A DNA stretch of 64,000 nucleotides, taken from Longimicrobiales bacterium (GTDB taxonomy: Bacteria; Gemmatimonadota; Gemmatimonadetes; Longimicrobiales; Gaopeijiaceae). The stretch covers positions 1,152,001 through 1,216,000 of the forward strand of contig CBDFMQ010000002.1 of the NCBI GenBank assembly GCA_965249725.1. Direction: 5' to 3'. Numbering within the stretch: the first letter of the stretch is position 1; each line of letters opens with the position of its first letter. Made by a program: the position numbers and the translations under genes. Positions 9,444 through 18,510 of this stretch are shown here, one piece after another. Below the pieces are notes generated by a model. The model had not been told where the DNA came from, did not search any database, and saw nothing but the letters and a program-made list of their open reading frames with translations.

Positions 9444-9827
9444 ATGAGCGGAAGTGACTTGTTTACGGGCACCCTGGACATCCTCGTCCTGCGGACGGTC
9501 CGGGACGAAGCTCGCCACGGGTACGCCATCGTGCAGGTGCTCCGTGAGCTGAGTGGCGGCGTGCTCGACATCGCTGAGGGCGTCATGTATCCGGCGCTGC
9601 ACCGTCTGGAAAAGCGTGGCCTCCTGAGAGCCACCTGGGGACCCTCGAAGACCGGCCGCCGCGCTAAGTACTACGCGCTGACGAGCAGGGGCGGACGATT
9701 CCTGGCGGACCAATGTGCCGGCTGGACCGAATTCACCTCTGCTGTCTCGGCGGTCCTGCACGTGCCATCCGGTGGAGAAGCGAGCTCCGCAGGGAGCGAT
9801 CCGAGGGTGGCCGCCCGGCACGAGTAG
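9444..9827 (+). CDS. PadR family transcriptional regulator
   Basis: GTLDILVL, HGYAI, EGVMYPALHRLE, GRRAKYYALT; GGAGG RBS. Confidence 0.92.
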   Translation: MSGSDLFTGTLDILVLRTVRDEARHGYAIVQVLRELSGGVLDIAEGVMYPALHRLEKRGLLRATWGPSKTGRRAKYYALTSRGGRFLADQCAGWTEFTSAVSAVLHVPSGGEASSAGSDPRVAARHE

Positions 9828-9832
9828 CCCAT

Positions 9833-9868
9833 CGAGCAGGACGGCGAGTAGGACGGCGAGTAGGACCC
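9833..9868. repeat. Intergenic tandem repeat, 3 x 12 bp (cgagYaggacgg)
   Basis: cgagcaggacgg cgagtaggacgg cgagtaggaccc, read directly. Confidence 0.8.
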
Positions 9869-10012
9869 GGGGATCTACCCTTATGTGTGTGGTGACGCCG
9901 CCGAGATTCGAGTGCCGGTGCGGCGAGGGAGCGGGCCGGCTATCGTACGCGATTCGCCCACCTGCTGTACCACCCCAACCGGTGACATGATCTGTCCGTT
10001 CTAGTCGGTGCC

Positions 10013-10630
10013 TTGAACGCCTGGGATCCCAGAAGGGTGCTCTCAGTCCCGGCGGTCTACAGTCTGTTCTCCAGCCTGATGGGTGCTGACCGCTCCCGGA
10101 GGGAGTGCGTGGCAGAGTACATCCGACCGAGGCCCGCCGACCGGGTGCTCGACTGCGGCTGCGGACCCGGAGACCTGCTCGAGTATCTCCCCGACGTGGC
10201 CTACGTGGGGATCGATATCGACGCCGAATACGTGGCCGAAGCGCGGAGCCGCTACGGCGATCGAGCCGCGTTCCGACTCGGTGCCCTCGGCCCGGAGACG
10301 ATTTCCGAGCAGTCGCACTACGATCTCGTCCTGGCGTGGGGCGTGCTCCATCACCTCGACGATGACCAGGTGAGGGAGTTCATGGGCCTCGCGCGGCGCG
10401 CGCTGAAGCCGACGGGCCGACTCGTCACCCTCGACCCCTGCTACACCGATGATCAATCACGCATGGCCCGATACCTCCTCGACAAGGATCGCGGCTGTTG
10501 CGTCCGACGGAGCGAGGACTGGCGTCCTCTGGTCACGCCGACGTTCCCCTCGACGGCGTTCCATTTGAGACACGATCTACTGCGCGTTCCCTACACGCAC
10601 CTGATCATGGAATGCTCGCCTGCTAGCTGA
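10013..10630 (+). CDS. Class I SAM-dependent methyltransferase
   Basis: VLDCGCGPG, YVGIDID, WGVLHHL, LKPTGRLV; TTG start. Confidence 0.85.
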   Translation: MNAWDPRRVLSVPAVYSLFSSLMGADRSRRECVAEYIRPRPADRVLDCGCGPGDLLEYLPDVAYVGIDIDAEYVAEARSRYGDRAAFRLGALGPETISEQSHYDLVLAWGVLHHLDDDQVREFMGLARRALKPTGRLVTLDPCYTDDQSRMARYLLDKDRGCCVRRSEDWRPLVTPTFPSTAFHLRHDLLRVPYTHLIMECSPAS

Positions 10631-11525
10631 GTTCGGCCAAGCCGATACCGGTGGCCCCGTAGCCGTTGCCGTTGTAGAGCATGTAGCGCCGACCTTCGTG
10701 ATCGAAAACGCACGGATACTCGATCATCTCAGAGTCCCAACCCTCCGGTGACACGTCGATGCCGGCCTCCTCATCCTTCCGGGTCCAGGTCACGCCGTCA
10801 TGGGAGTCTGCGTAGCCGATGCGGTAGCTCTCGCCTCGGTACGAGTACCACATGCGATACAGATCGCCGTCCTTGAGCACACTGGGACGGGAGATGGCGT
10901 ACTCATCGGCGGGCCGATAGTCGATGCAGACCCTTCCGGACCGGACCCAGGCCACGCCGTCATCCGATTCGGCATAGCGAATGTGGTACGAGTGTCGGGG
11001 CTTGCCTTCGACACCCTCCCAGCCCGTGCACGACAGGTACCACATCTTCCAGATCCCTTCGTCGATCATCACGCAACTGCTGGCGGTGAAATACGGGTCG
11101 ATCTGATCCCGGCTCACAAGCGGACCCGCAGAGGCCTTCTGAAAGGTCAGTCCCCCGTCGTCTGATCGAGCGAGGCCTATGGAGTTGTAGAAGGGCACGG
11201 TGACGCCGCGCGTCCAACCGACGTAGTACATCCACGTCGTCTCGCCGACATCGAGGACCCAAGACCCCATGGCCCCGCTCTCGTCGAAGGAGCCGAGCCC
11301 TCCGGGCTCGAGGGCGGGCTCCTCGTGGATCGTGTCCACTTCTAGCGTGCGGAGATCCAGGTCGAAGGAGCCGACGCGGGAACGCTCCTGATCATCTCGA
11401 CCGCTGAAGAAAACCCTTATCCGATTCGGACCCAACGTCCTTACGCAGGGCACCGCGGCGTGCCCACTCATCCACGAGAGACCGCTCGGCGGAGCGAAGA
11501 TCAGACCGCGCTTGACCCAGTTCAT
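10623..11525 (-). CDS. Five-bladed beta-propeller glycosidase-like protein (GH32/43/130-like) of polysaccharide clusters
   Basis: Repeated WMYY/WKMWY/YRMWY...IGLA(Y)AES.DG..W blades; ends YNGNGYGATGIGLA. Confidence 0.7.
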   Translation of the reverse strand: MNWVKRGLIFAPPSGLSWMSGHAAVPCVRTLGPNRIRVFFSGRDDQERSRVGSFDLDLRTLEVDTIHEEPALEPGGLGSFDESGAMGSWVLDVGETTWMYYVGWTRGVTVPFYNSIGLARSDDGGLTFQKASAGPLVSRDQIDPYFTASSCVMIDEGIWKMWYLSCTGWEGVEGKPRHSYHIRYAESDDGVAWVRSGRVCIDYRPADEYAISRPSVLKDGDLYRMWYSYRGESYRIGYADSHDGVTWTRKDEEAGIDVSPEGWDSEMIEYPCVFDHEGRRYMLYNGNGYGATGIGLAELS

Positions 11526-11535
11526 CAGACGGGCC

Positions 11536-12198
11536 TCACATGTTCAGGTCAGAGCTCTTACGACCGGACTTCTCGGTCTTGGGAGCGATATAGACGCCTT
11601 CGGCTTCAGTGTCCTTCATGATGATCGCGCCGGCCCCGATCACCGTGGCCGGCCCGATGGTGATGTGATCCCTGATGGTAGCGTTCACACCGAGGAAGCA
11701 TCGGTCACCGATCACCGTGCCACCCGAGATGACGACGTGCGACGTGATGAAGCAGTGGTCCCCGATGACCACATGATGGCCGATGTGGTTGCCGCTCCAT
11801 ACGACCACGTCATCGCCGATCTTCACGAACGGCTGAATCACGTTGTCCTCGAAAACAAACGTGTTCTCTCCAACGGTCAGATCACTCCAGGTGGTAGCCC
11901 GGGAACAGACGTACGAGATCAACTCGTAGCCTTTCTCCTTGCACTTCCGGCAGACCTCGGCGCGAGCACGGTTGACGCCACTGAACCCTATCGCCACAAG
12001 CATCGCGAAGTCACCGGGAGGATACAGCTCCTCGAGGTCCTCGAAGGCGACGACCGGACGTCCTGCCAACTCCGTATCCTCCATGTATTCCCGGTCGACC
12101 GTGAACGCGACCACGTCGTGAGGACTGTCTTCGGTCAGGTAGACATCCGCGACCTGGGCGAAGTCGCCGATGCCGAAAAGGACGACCTTCTTGCTCAT
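11536..12198 (-). CDS. Sugar O/N-acetyltransferase, NeuD/PglD-like hexapeptide-repeat family
   Basis: VVLFGIG N-terminus, left-handed beta-helix repeats (IGDDVVV, IGHHVVIGDHCFI, IGAGAII). Confidence 0.88.
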   Translation of the reverse strand: MSKKVVLFGIGDFAQVADVYLTEDSPHDVVAFTVDREYMEDTELAGRPVVAFEDLEELYPPGDFAMLVAIGFSGVNRARAEVCRKCKEKGYELISYVCSRATTWSDLTVGENTFVFEDNVIQPFVKIGDDVVVWSGNHIGHHVVIGDHCFITSHVVISGGTVIGDRCFLGVNATIRDHITIGPATVIGAGAIIMKDTEAEGVYIAPKTEKSGRKSSDLNM

Positions 12199-12827
12199 TC
12201 CACGTTCTTTCTCACAAGGATGGTGAACTCATAGATCTCGTAGTCGTGCAGTAGGGCGACCTGCGCCGAGTAGTGTCGCTTACAGTGATCGAACAGCCAT
12301 TTCGGGTCCGCGTAGAAAAGGTCGTCTCGCATGTGCTCGGGATCGGAGTAGCTGGTCAGAGCGTTGAACGCGAAGCCCTTCTCCGAGAGTCGGTCGAGTT
12401 CAGCGAGCGTCTCGACTACATACTCCCTCCACTCGTCGTCAGGCACGTCCATCTTCACGTTGAGGACGCCGCTCGCCAGTACGAAGTCGGCGCGCTGTAC
12501 ATCTCGGAAGTCGGTCGTGAACTCACACCCCTCCCCCCCTTGGAGCCTACTCGCCCGCTCGACCATTTCCTCGGACACGTCATACCCCACGTAGTGAGAA
12601 GGCAAGTCTCGCTCAGCGAGCACGTCGACGAGCGCGCCGTAGCCACATCCGTAGTCCAAGAGGGAAAACTCCCCCTCTCCGGCGGGCACGATCCCGAGGA
12701 GTCGATCGAAACGCATCCTCTGGGATTCCGCAGAACTCCAGTCCACCCCGCGCGCGGTTTCCCCGTGTTGGCGGACCTTGTCGCTGTAGTAGTCGGCAAC
12801 CCGGCTGCGAATGGAAGCATCGGCCAT
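12195..12827 (-). CDS. Class I SAM-dependent methyltransferase
   Basis: GVDWSS..SQ..RF, LLDYGCGYG, YVGYDVS. Confidence 0.85.
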   Translation of the reverse strand: MADASIRSRVADYYSDKVRQHGETARGVDWSSAESQRMRFDRLLGIVPAGEGEFSLLDYGCGYGALVDVLAERDLPSHYVGYDVSEEMVERASRLQGGEGCEFTTDFRDVQRADFVLASGVLNVKMDVPDDEWREYVVETLAELDRLSEKGFAFNALTSYSDPEHMRDDLFYADPKWLFDHCKRHYSAQVALLHDYEIYEFTILVRKNVE

Positions 12828-12830
12828 GGT

Positions 12831-13775
12831 CTACTCGGCCGACTCTCCGGCCGGGCCGGACCGCTCGTAGGACCGCCGTATGATCGTGTACGGTCGGTCC
12901 TTGGTCTCGATGAAGATCTTCGAGAGGTACATGCCAATGATGCCGAGACAGGAAAACGTGAGCCCCGAGAGGAGCCAGATCGAGATGATCAGTGAAGGCC
13001 AGCCGAGCTCGAAGTCGATGAAGAAGAGCTTGGCGACCAGCGTGAAGAGGGCGGCCGACAGCGAGACCACGGTGACCAACATGCCCAGGTAGAAGATGAG
13101 CACCAACGGGACGTTGCTGAACGAGGTGACCGAGTTCAGGGTGATGGAGAGCTTCTTTCGGAGGCTGTACGAGGAGGTGCCCTTGTCGGCCTTCTCCACC
13201 GTCACCGGGACCTGCTCGTATCCGGTGATGGCCCACAAGCCGGCCAGGAAGACCTCGTGGTCGCGATGTTCGACCAAGCTCTCGACGTACCTGCGCGTCA
13301 TCAACCGCGCCGCCACTTGGTTCGCAGGGACGGAGTGGCTGGAGAGCAGACGGAAGATCGCGTAGTAGACTGCGCCGCTCATGCGTTCGAACAGCCGCCC
13401 CTTCCGTCTGCGTTGGACGCCGTAGACAACATCGGCGTCGGTCTCCCGCATCCGCTCGTAGAACGGCTCCAGCCAGCCGGGATCCTCCTCCAGGTCGCTG
13501 TCGAGCGAAAAGACCAGCTCGCCTCGGGCATGGGCGAGTCCGGTCAGGATGGCTTTGTGCTGACCGAAGTTCCGAGCCAGGTCGATGACCCGCACCCGCG
13601 CGTCCTTCTCGTGCAGCTTCAGCGCGACCTCCAACGAATCGTCGGGAGAGCCGTCGTTGACCAGCACGATCTCGAAGCGATCGGTGATCTTCTCGGCGGC
13701 CTCACAACAGCGCTCGTAAAACTCCTCTAGGTACGGCGCGCCGCGATAAAGCGTCGTTACGATGGAGAGCTTCAT
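12831..13775 (-). CDS. GT2 polyprenol-phosphate glycosyltransferase (GtrB/ArnC-like)
   Basis: LVNDGSPD, RNFGQHKA, DSDLEEDP, two C-terminal TM helices, IGMYLSKIFIETKDRP. Confidence 0.9.
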   Translation of the reverse strand: MKLSIVTTLYRGAPYLEEFYERCCEAAEKITDRFEIVLVNDGSPDDSLEVALKLHEKDARVRVIDLARNFGQHKAILTGLAHARGELVFSLDSDLEEDPGWLEPFYERMRETDADVVYGVQRRRKGRLFERMSGAVYYAIFRLLSSHSVPANQVAARLMTRRYVESLVEHRDHEVFLAGLWAITGYEQVPVTVEKADKGTSSYSLRKKLSITLNSVTSFSNVPLVLIFYLGMLVTVVSLSAALFTLVAKLFFIDFELGWPSLIISIWLLSGLTFSCLGIIGMYLSKIFIETKDRPYTIIRRSYERSGPAGESAE

Positions 13776-14551
13776 AGGCCCGATCCCGTCAGCATGTGAC
13801 CACGTGCGTTCGCGCCGGTATGAAAGATGAGATCGAGGACCGTCACCTGGTGCTCGAAAGGCGGATGAAGTTGCTCGTGTTCAGGGTACCCCTCGTACCC
13901 CATCCAGATGACGTCGATGCCCGCCTCCTCGAAGAGTGACTCATCCAGATAGGTGCGCGCCGAGGGCCCGGAAAGGTACTCCGTCGCCCCGGCCCTCCCG
14001 CAGATACCGAGCAGGCGCTCAGACCTCTGTCCGGTCACCCCGTAGTCCGTGGACCAGGTGATCTTGGTGTCGATGCCAAGAATGTCGCAAATGGCCACGA
14101 GGAAGCGGTGGTTGATGTGGCTGAGCAGTTCGTCCGATGCTTCCCGATAGACACCCTCGATGTGTCCTGCGAACTCGGAGAAGCACGGCGCCTTCGAGTA
14201 TGCGTGATAGAGGCTCCTCCAATGCGTCTCCGACCACGATGGGTCGCTGATCCGCGTCTCGCCGATGGCCTGGCCGTACTTGCCCTTCATCTCGACCGGA
14301 ATCGTGAGCCACTTCAGCCCGTCGGCGGTCTTGATGCGATTCCGGTTACGCCAGTCTCTGCGGGTGAATTGGGCGTCGTCGAGGAGCACGAACTCGTCCA
14401 CATCGGCGATCAGATCGAAGTAGCCCTTCCATGGGATATAGTTGGACTGGACTATGGCGATGCGTTTGGGCACCTGAAGCGCATCGGCCACAGGATCTTC
14501 ACCCACAGGATCCTCACCCACCGGATCTTCACCCACAGGAGCTTCACCCAC
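13772..14551 (-). CDS. WbqC-like family protein
   Basis: IVQSNYIPWKGYFDLI, RRDWRNRNRIKT, YLSGPSA, VLDLIF; repetitive N-terminus. Confidence 0.88.
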   Translation of the reverse strand: MGEAPVGEDPVGEDPVGEDPVADALQVPKRIAIVQSNYIPWKGYFDLIADVDEFVLLDDAQFTRRDWRNRNRIKTADGLKWLTIPVEMKGKYGQAIGETRISDPSWSETHWRSLYHAYSKAPCFSEFAGHIEGVYREASDELLSHINHRFLVAICDILGIDTKITWSTDYGVTGQRSERLLGICGRAGATEYLSGPSARTYLDESLFEEAGIDVIWMGYEGYPEHEQLHPPFEHQVTVLDLIFHTGANARGHMLTGSGL

Positions 14552-14553
14552 AG
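14488..14553. repeat. Tandem repeat, about 4.4 x 15 bp (ccacaggatcttcac), encoding (VGEDP)n
   Basis: Read directly; spans the wecE stop and WbqC start junction. Confidence 0.9.
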
Positions 14554-15701
14554 CGGTACTCCGTCACCGTGTTGATGACGGTCTCCTGGTTGGCCTCGTC
14601 GAGTCCCGTGAAGAACGGTAGACGTACCAGGCGACTACTCACGTCCTCGGCGACAGGACAATCGCCCGGCCGTGCCCCCAGGCTCTCCCCCATAGGCGAC
14701 GTGTTCAGCGGCACGTAGTGGAACACGGCGTTGACGCCACGGTCCTTGAGAAACGCGATGAATCGGCCCCGATGTTCGGCACTGGGGAGCAAGAGGTAGT
14801 ACATGTGGAACGTCTGCTCCGTGTGCTCGGGCACGACCGGCTGTCGCACACCCTCCGCTGTCGCCCACTCGGCCAGTCCCTCATGGTACCGCTGCCAGAT
14901 CTCCCGACGTCGCTGCTGAATCCGATCCCTCTCCTCGAATTGGCAGAGGAGGAAGGCGGAAAGCAGGTCGGAAGGCTGATAGCTGGAGCCCAGGCCGACC
15001 CACGTGTACTTGTCGACGATCCCCTCCATGAACTGGGCGCGATTCGTCCCCTTGTTCCGGACGATCTTGGCCTGGTCGAGCAGGTCGTCATCGTTCAGGA
15101 GAAGCGCCCCGCCCTTTCCACACGTCAGGTTCTTCGTCTCGTGGAAGCTCTGCGTCGCCATGGCACCGAAGGTTCCCAGAGCCCGACCTCGGTAACTCCC
15201 GAGAAGACCGTGCGCGTTGTCCTCGACGATCGAAAGTCCCGCCTCGTCGGCGACCTGCTGGATCACGTCCATCTCACACCCGACTCCAGCGTAGTGCACG
15301 ACCACGATCGCTCGGGTCCGCGGCGTAATCCTGGACGCCAGCTCGCGCTCGTCGAGGTTTAACGTGTCGGGTCGGATATCGGCGAACACCGGGCGCGCGC
15401 CACGTAGGGCGAACGCGTTGGCCGTACTGACGAACGTGAAGGAAGGCATTACGACCTCGTCGCCCTCTTCGAGGCCCAGCAGAATCGCCGCCATCTCGAG
15501 CGCGTGCGTGCAGGACGAAGTCAGAAGCGCAGCCCTCGCTCCGGTCATTTCCACCAGCAGCCGCTCGCACTGGTCCGTGAAGGGTCCTCCCTCTGAAATG
15601 ACCAGCCCCTCCACGGCCTCGCGCATCCGCTCAAACTCGGACCCGACCAGATAGGGTCGGTTGAAGGGGATTCGCCCGTCGATGCGGATGTCTTGGCTCA
15701 T
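14544..15701 (-). CDS. wecE: dTDP-4-amino-4,6-dideoxygalactose transaminase (DegT/DnrJ family)
   Basis: IPFNRP, TSSCTHALEM, PSFTFVSTANAF, VEDNAHG, SFHETKN, KGTNRAQF...VDKYTW, VFHYVPL; ATG at 15701 overlaps the upstream stop. Confidence 0.88.
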   Translation of the reverse strand: MSQDIRIDGRIPFNRPYLVGSEFERMREAVEGLVISEGGPFTDQCERLLVEMTGARAALLTSSCTHALEMAAILLGLEEGDEVVMPSFTFVSTANAFALRGARPVFADIRPDTLNLDERELASRITPRTRAIVVVHYAGVGCEMDVIQQVADEAGLSIVEDNAHGLLGSYRGRALGTFGAMATQSFHETKNLTCGKGGALLLNDDDLLDQAKIVRNKGTNRAQFMEGIVDKYTWVGLGSSYQPSDLLSAFLLCQFEERDRIQQRRREIWQRYHEGLAEWATAEGVRQPVVPEHTEQTFHMYYLLLPSAEHRGRFIAFLKDRGVNAVFHYVPLNTSPMGESLGARPGDCPVAEDVSSRLVRLPFFTGLDEANQETVINTVTEYRCG

Positions 15702-17314
15702 ACCTGACAATCTGCGTCGCCGCTCCGAATTCGGGCCAGGATTATCACGTAGCGACCGTCCCGGAACTCCTGGACGATTTCAGCTGAAAGGCCCGGTGTC
15801 GTCTCCGCGAAGCGAATCAGCCCGAGGATCTTCTCGCCACCCAGCCAAGGGTAGTTGAAGAGCGCATACACGCAGGGCGGCATCGGGTCTCCACGGATGA
15901 GCTCCGCCAGAGATTCCACCGAGAAATTGTGCCCGTTCGAGAGGGGACCGACGGCGTAGCCGAGCCCCGGGTAGTGGAGCAGATAGTGCTCGTAGTGCCC
16001 GTAGTAGACCGGCACCCCTTCCGGAAGGGCCTCCAGGGCATGGATGGCCTCTACCTCGAGGGCCTGGAGACGACGGTAGGCGTTGGAGCGCTCGGTCAGT
16101 GCCGGATCGTTTCCGGGCCCTTCCGTATCGATGTCCAGCGGGTAGAGAGCCCCGTTCGCGTTGATCGCGAAGTACGCCCCCAGGAGGACGAAGCAAACCG
16201 CCACGGAGGATGGAAGGCGATCACCGATCATTAGCCGGACGCCGTGCCCGAACCAAAGCAGGAGAAACGGCAGCACCATCACGTAGTAACGCGGCAGCAC
16301 GACCGTGAATCCCGCCAACGCGGGCAGAACCACCATGAAGAGCAACATGAACAAGACGATAAGCACACCCGTGTACCCCAGTACGAGTGTTGCGGTCTGC
16401 TCGGGAGTGCGGAGGGGCGGCTCGAGGGGCTCGGCTCTGAGAGCCCCGAAAACCGGCTTCACGCTGAAGACGGCGGTTACCGCGAAGGCCGCGATAAAGA
16501 CGAGCAGATCAGGCACGTTGAGGAGGAAGCGGGCGAGGTATTGTCCAACGCCCCCAAAGACAGCGTCCAGAGACGGCAGGAAACTGAAGTCCTCGGCGCG
16601 GGCTACCGCGATGCGGCCCATCAGAGCGAAAACGGCCGTCCACAATACCGGCGGCGCGACGATCTGGACCACCCGCCTCGCCTTGTCCGAGAGGCCGCGT
16701 CCCTCGAGCAGAGTCGTTGCTGCGAGCGTAGCTGGGACGATGATCCCGGTCTCTTTGGTCGCATACGCCAACGTGGCCCACAGCACGGCCGGCCAGAACC
16801 TCCGCTCCAGCCAAGCGACCAAGGACAGGACCGCGAAGAGGAAGAGGGGCACCTCCATGTAGAGGTAGCCTACCTGAGTCGAGAAGGTCGGGTGAAGGAG
16901 TGCGATGACCACTAACAAGGCAGTGGCGCCGAATCCAAGCACGGGCCGAGCGAGCCGGAAGAGCGCGACGAGCGCAATCGCGGCTGCCGCGAAGTGCAGG
17001 AGATGGAGCAACAGGAAGGCGAGCGGGCCCCCTCCCGTCATCCACAGCACGCCGGCCGTGACGAACGTGACGAGGGACGTGCTGTGGGCGTTCGGTCCAC
17101 CCTCCTGATACCCGGGCATCGCCAGCAGTTCGAGAAGATCGAAACCGTTTTCGGCGAGGGTGATGGCCGGCGGAAAGAGGCCCATCGCAGTGTCCCACAC
17201 CGGCGGCTGCAGCAGGGTGTCCCACTTGAGAACGAGAATGAGTAGGAAGACGAGAGAGAACCGAGCCCAGCCTCGTCTTTCCAGGCTCTGTATGAGGGGT
17301 GTCAGCCGCTCCAT
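15698..17314 (-). CDS. Polytopic membrane protein, probable GT-C glycosyltransferase
   Basis: QPPVWD loop after TM1, many TM helices, ATKETG and PRYY motifs typical of ArnT/PMT-like proteins; GGAGG RBS before ATG 17314. Confidence 0.6.
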   Translation of the reverse strand: MERLTPLIQSLERRGWARFSLVFLLILVLKWDTLLQPPVWDTAMGLFPPAITLAENGFDLLELLAMPGYQEGGPNAHSTSLVTFVTAGVLWMTGGGPLAFLLLHLLHFAAAAIALVALFRLARPVLGFGATALLVVIALLHPTFSTQVGYLYMEVPLFLFAVLSLVAWLERRFWPAVLWATLAYATKETGIIVPATLAATTLLEGRGLSDKARRVVQIVAPPVLWTAVFALMGRIAVARAEDFSFLPSLDAVFGGVGQYLARFLLNVPDLLVFIAAFAVTAVFSVKPVFGALRAEPLEPPLRTPEQTATLVLGYTGVLIVLFMLLFMVVLPALAGFTVVLPRYYVMVLPFLLLWFGHGVRLMIGDRLPSSVAVCFVLLGAYFAINANGALYPLDIDTEGPGNDPALTERSNAYRRLQALEVEAIHALEALPEGVPVYYGHYEHYLLHYPGLGYAVGPLSNGHNFSVESLAELIRGDPMPPCVYALFNYPWLGGEKILGLIRFAETTPGLSAEIVQEFRDGRYVIILARIRSGDADCQV

Positions 17315-18510
17315 GCCGCCATCCTCCGAATCGACGCGATTCCGAACACCGGGCCCAACGCCAAGATCGGAAAGGCCCACGGCCATCCCATGGAGTCGGT
17401 AAGAGCCGGCACGCCTTGAATGGTGACCATGGTGAGCAGAAAGCCCACCGATGTCTGCAGTGTCAGGGCCGTGCCGACGGCCTCCTGCGGCGCCACTTCA
17501 GTGACGAGCGCACTGAATTGGGCGGAGTCGGCCACCACGAAGAAGCCCCAGATCAGCACCACGGGCACGAGCATCCAATAACTCTGGCCGAACAGGAAGC
17601 CCACGACGAGACAACAAGCGCCACTCACGGCCATCGCGAAGTTCACGAGCTTCTCACGGCCAATCCGATCTGCTGCCATGCCGCCCCAGACGCACCCGAG
17701 GCCTCCAGCCGCAATCGCCGCGAACCCCACCAAGTCCACGACGGCCGCCGAGGGTGACGTACCCAGGTGTGCCCCGCGCGCCGCCGCGCTGGCGGCCAGG
17801 AAGGCCGGCACCCATGTCCACATGGCGTAGAGCTCCCACATGTGACCCAAATACCCTCCGGTGGCCAAACGAGTCGGGCGGTCTCGGGCCACGCGAGCGA
17901 TGAGCGACCAAGAGAAGGGGGCGCGCTGAAACGGGAACGGCCCCTCGCGGTATGCCGCGGCCACGAGCAGGCCTCCCACCGCTCCCCCAACCGACGCACC
18001 GAGCACTACAACCGCCAGAGGCGCACCGCCCACCAACTTGAGTAGATAGGGCGTGGCCTTCCCCACCGTGAGTGCCCCCACCACCGTGCCGATCGCCATG
18101 CCCCGGGCACTCCGGAACCACGTGGCGATCATCTTCATGGCCGGCGGATAGACACCGGCCAAGAAGAGCCCCGTGAGGAACCGGAAGGCCAAGGCGACCG
18201 CATATCCCGGTGCGATCACCAAGGCACCGTTCGCGAGTGCGGCCAACAAAGCCGACGACGCGAAGTACCAACGTGACGGGATGATATCGGCGAGGTTCAG
18301 CAGAGCTGCGACGGCAGTGCCTGCGACGAAACCGAGCTGCACGCATGTGGTGAGCCAACCGACCTGACTGGAGCTCAGCCCCCAGCGTTCCTGCAACACT
18401 GGGGAGGCGGCGCTCGCCGTGAACCACACAGACATCCCGAGAAGTACGGCCACCGACACCAGTGCCAGCATGCCCCAGCGGCACCCATCGGTTTCGCCCG
18501 TCAGCGCCAC
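17302..18510 (-). CDS. MFS transporter
   Basis: About 12 TM helices, GVYPPAMK, GYLGHMWELYAMW, ADRIGR, VADSAQFS. Confidence 0.88.
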   Translation of the reverse strand: MALTGETDGCRWGMLALVSVAVLLGMSVWFTASAASPVLQERWGLSSSQVGWLTTCVQLGFVAGTAVAALLNLADIIPSRWYFASSALLAALANGALVIAPGYAVALAFRFLTGLFLAGVYPPAMKMIATWFRSARGMAIGTVVGALTVGKATPYLLKLVGGAPLAVVVLGASVGGAVGGLLVAAAYREGPFPFQRAPFSWSLIARVARDRPTRLATGGYLGHMWELYAMWTWVPAFLAASAAARGAHLGTSPSAAVVDLVGFAAIAAGGLGCVWGGMAADRIGREKLVNFAMAVSGACCLVVGFLFGQSYWMLVPVVLIWGFFVVADSAQFSALVTEVAPQEAVGTALTLQTSVGFLLTMVTIQGVPALTDSMGWPWAFPILALGPVFGIASIRRMAAWSG

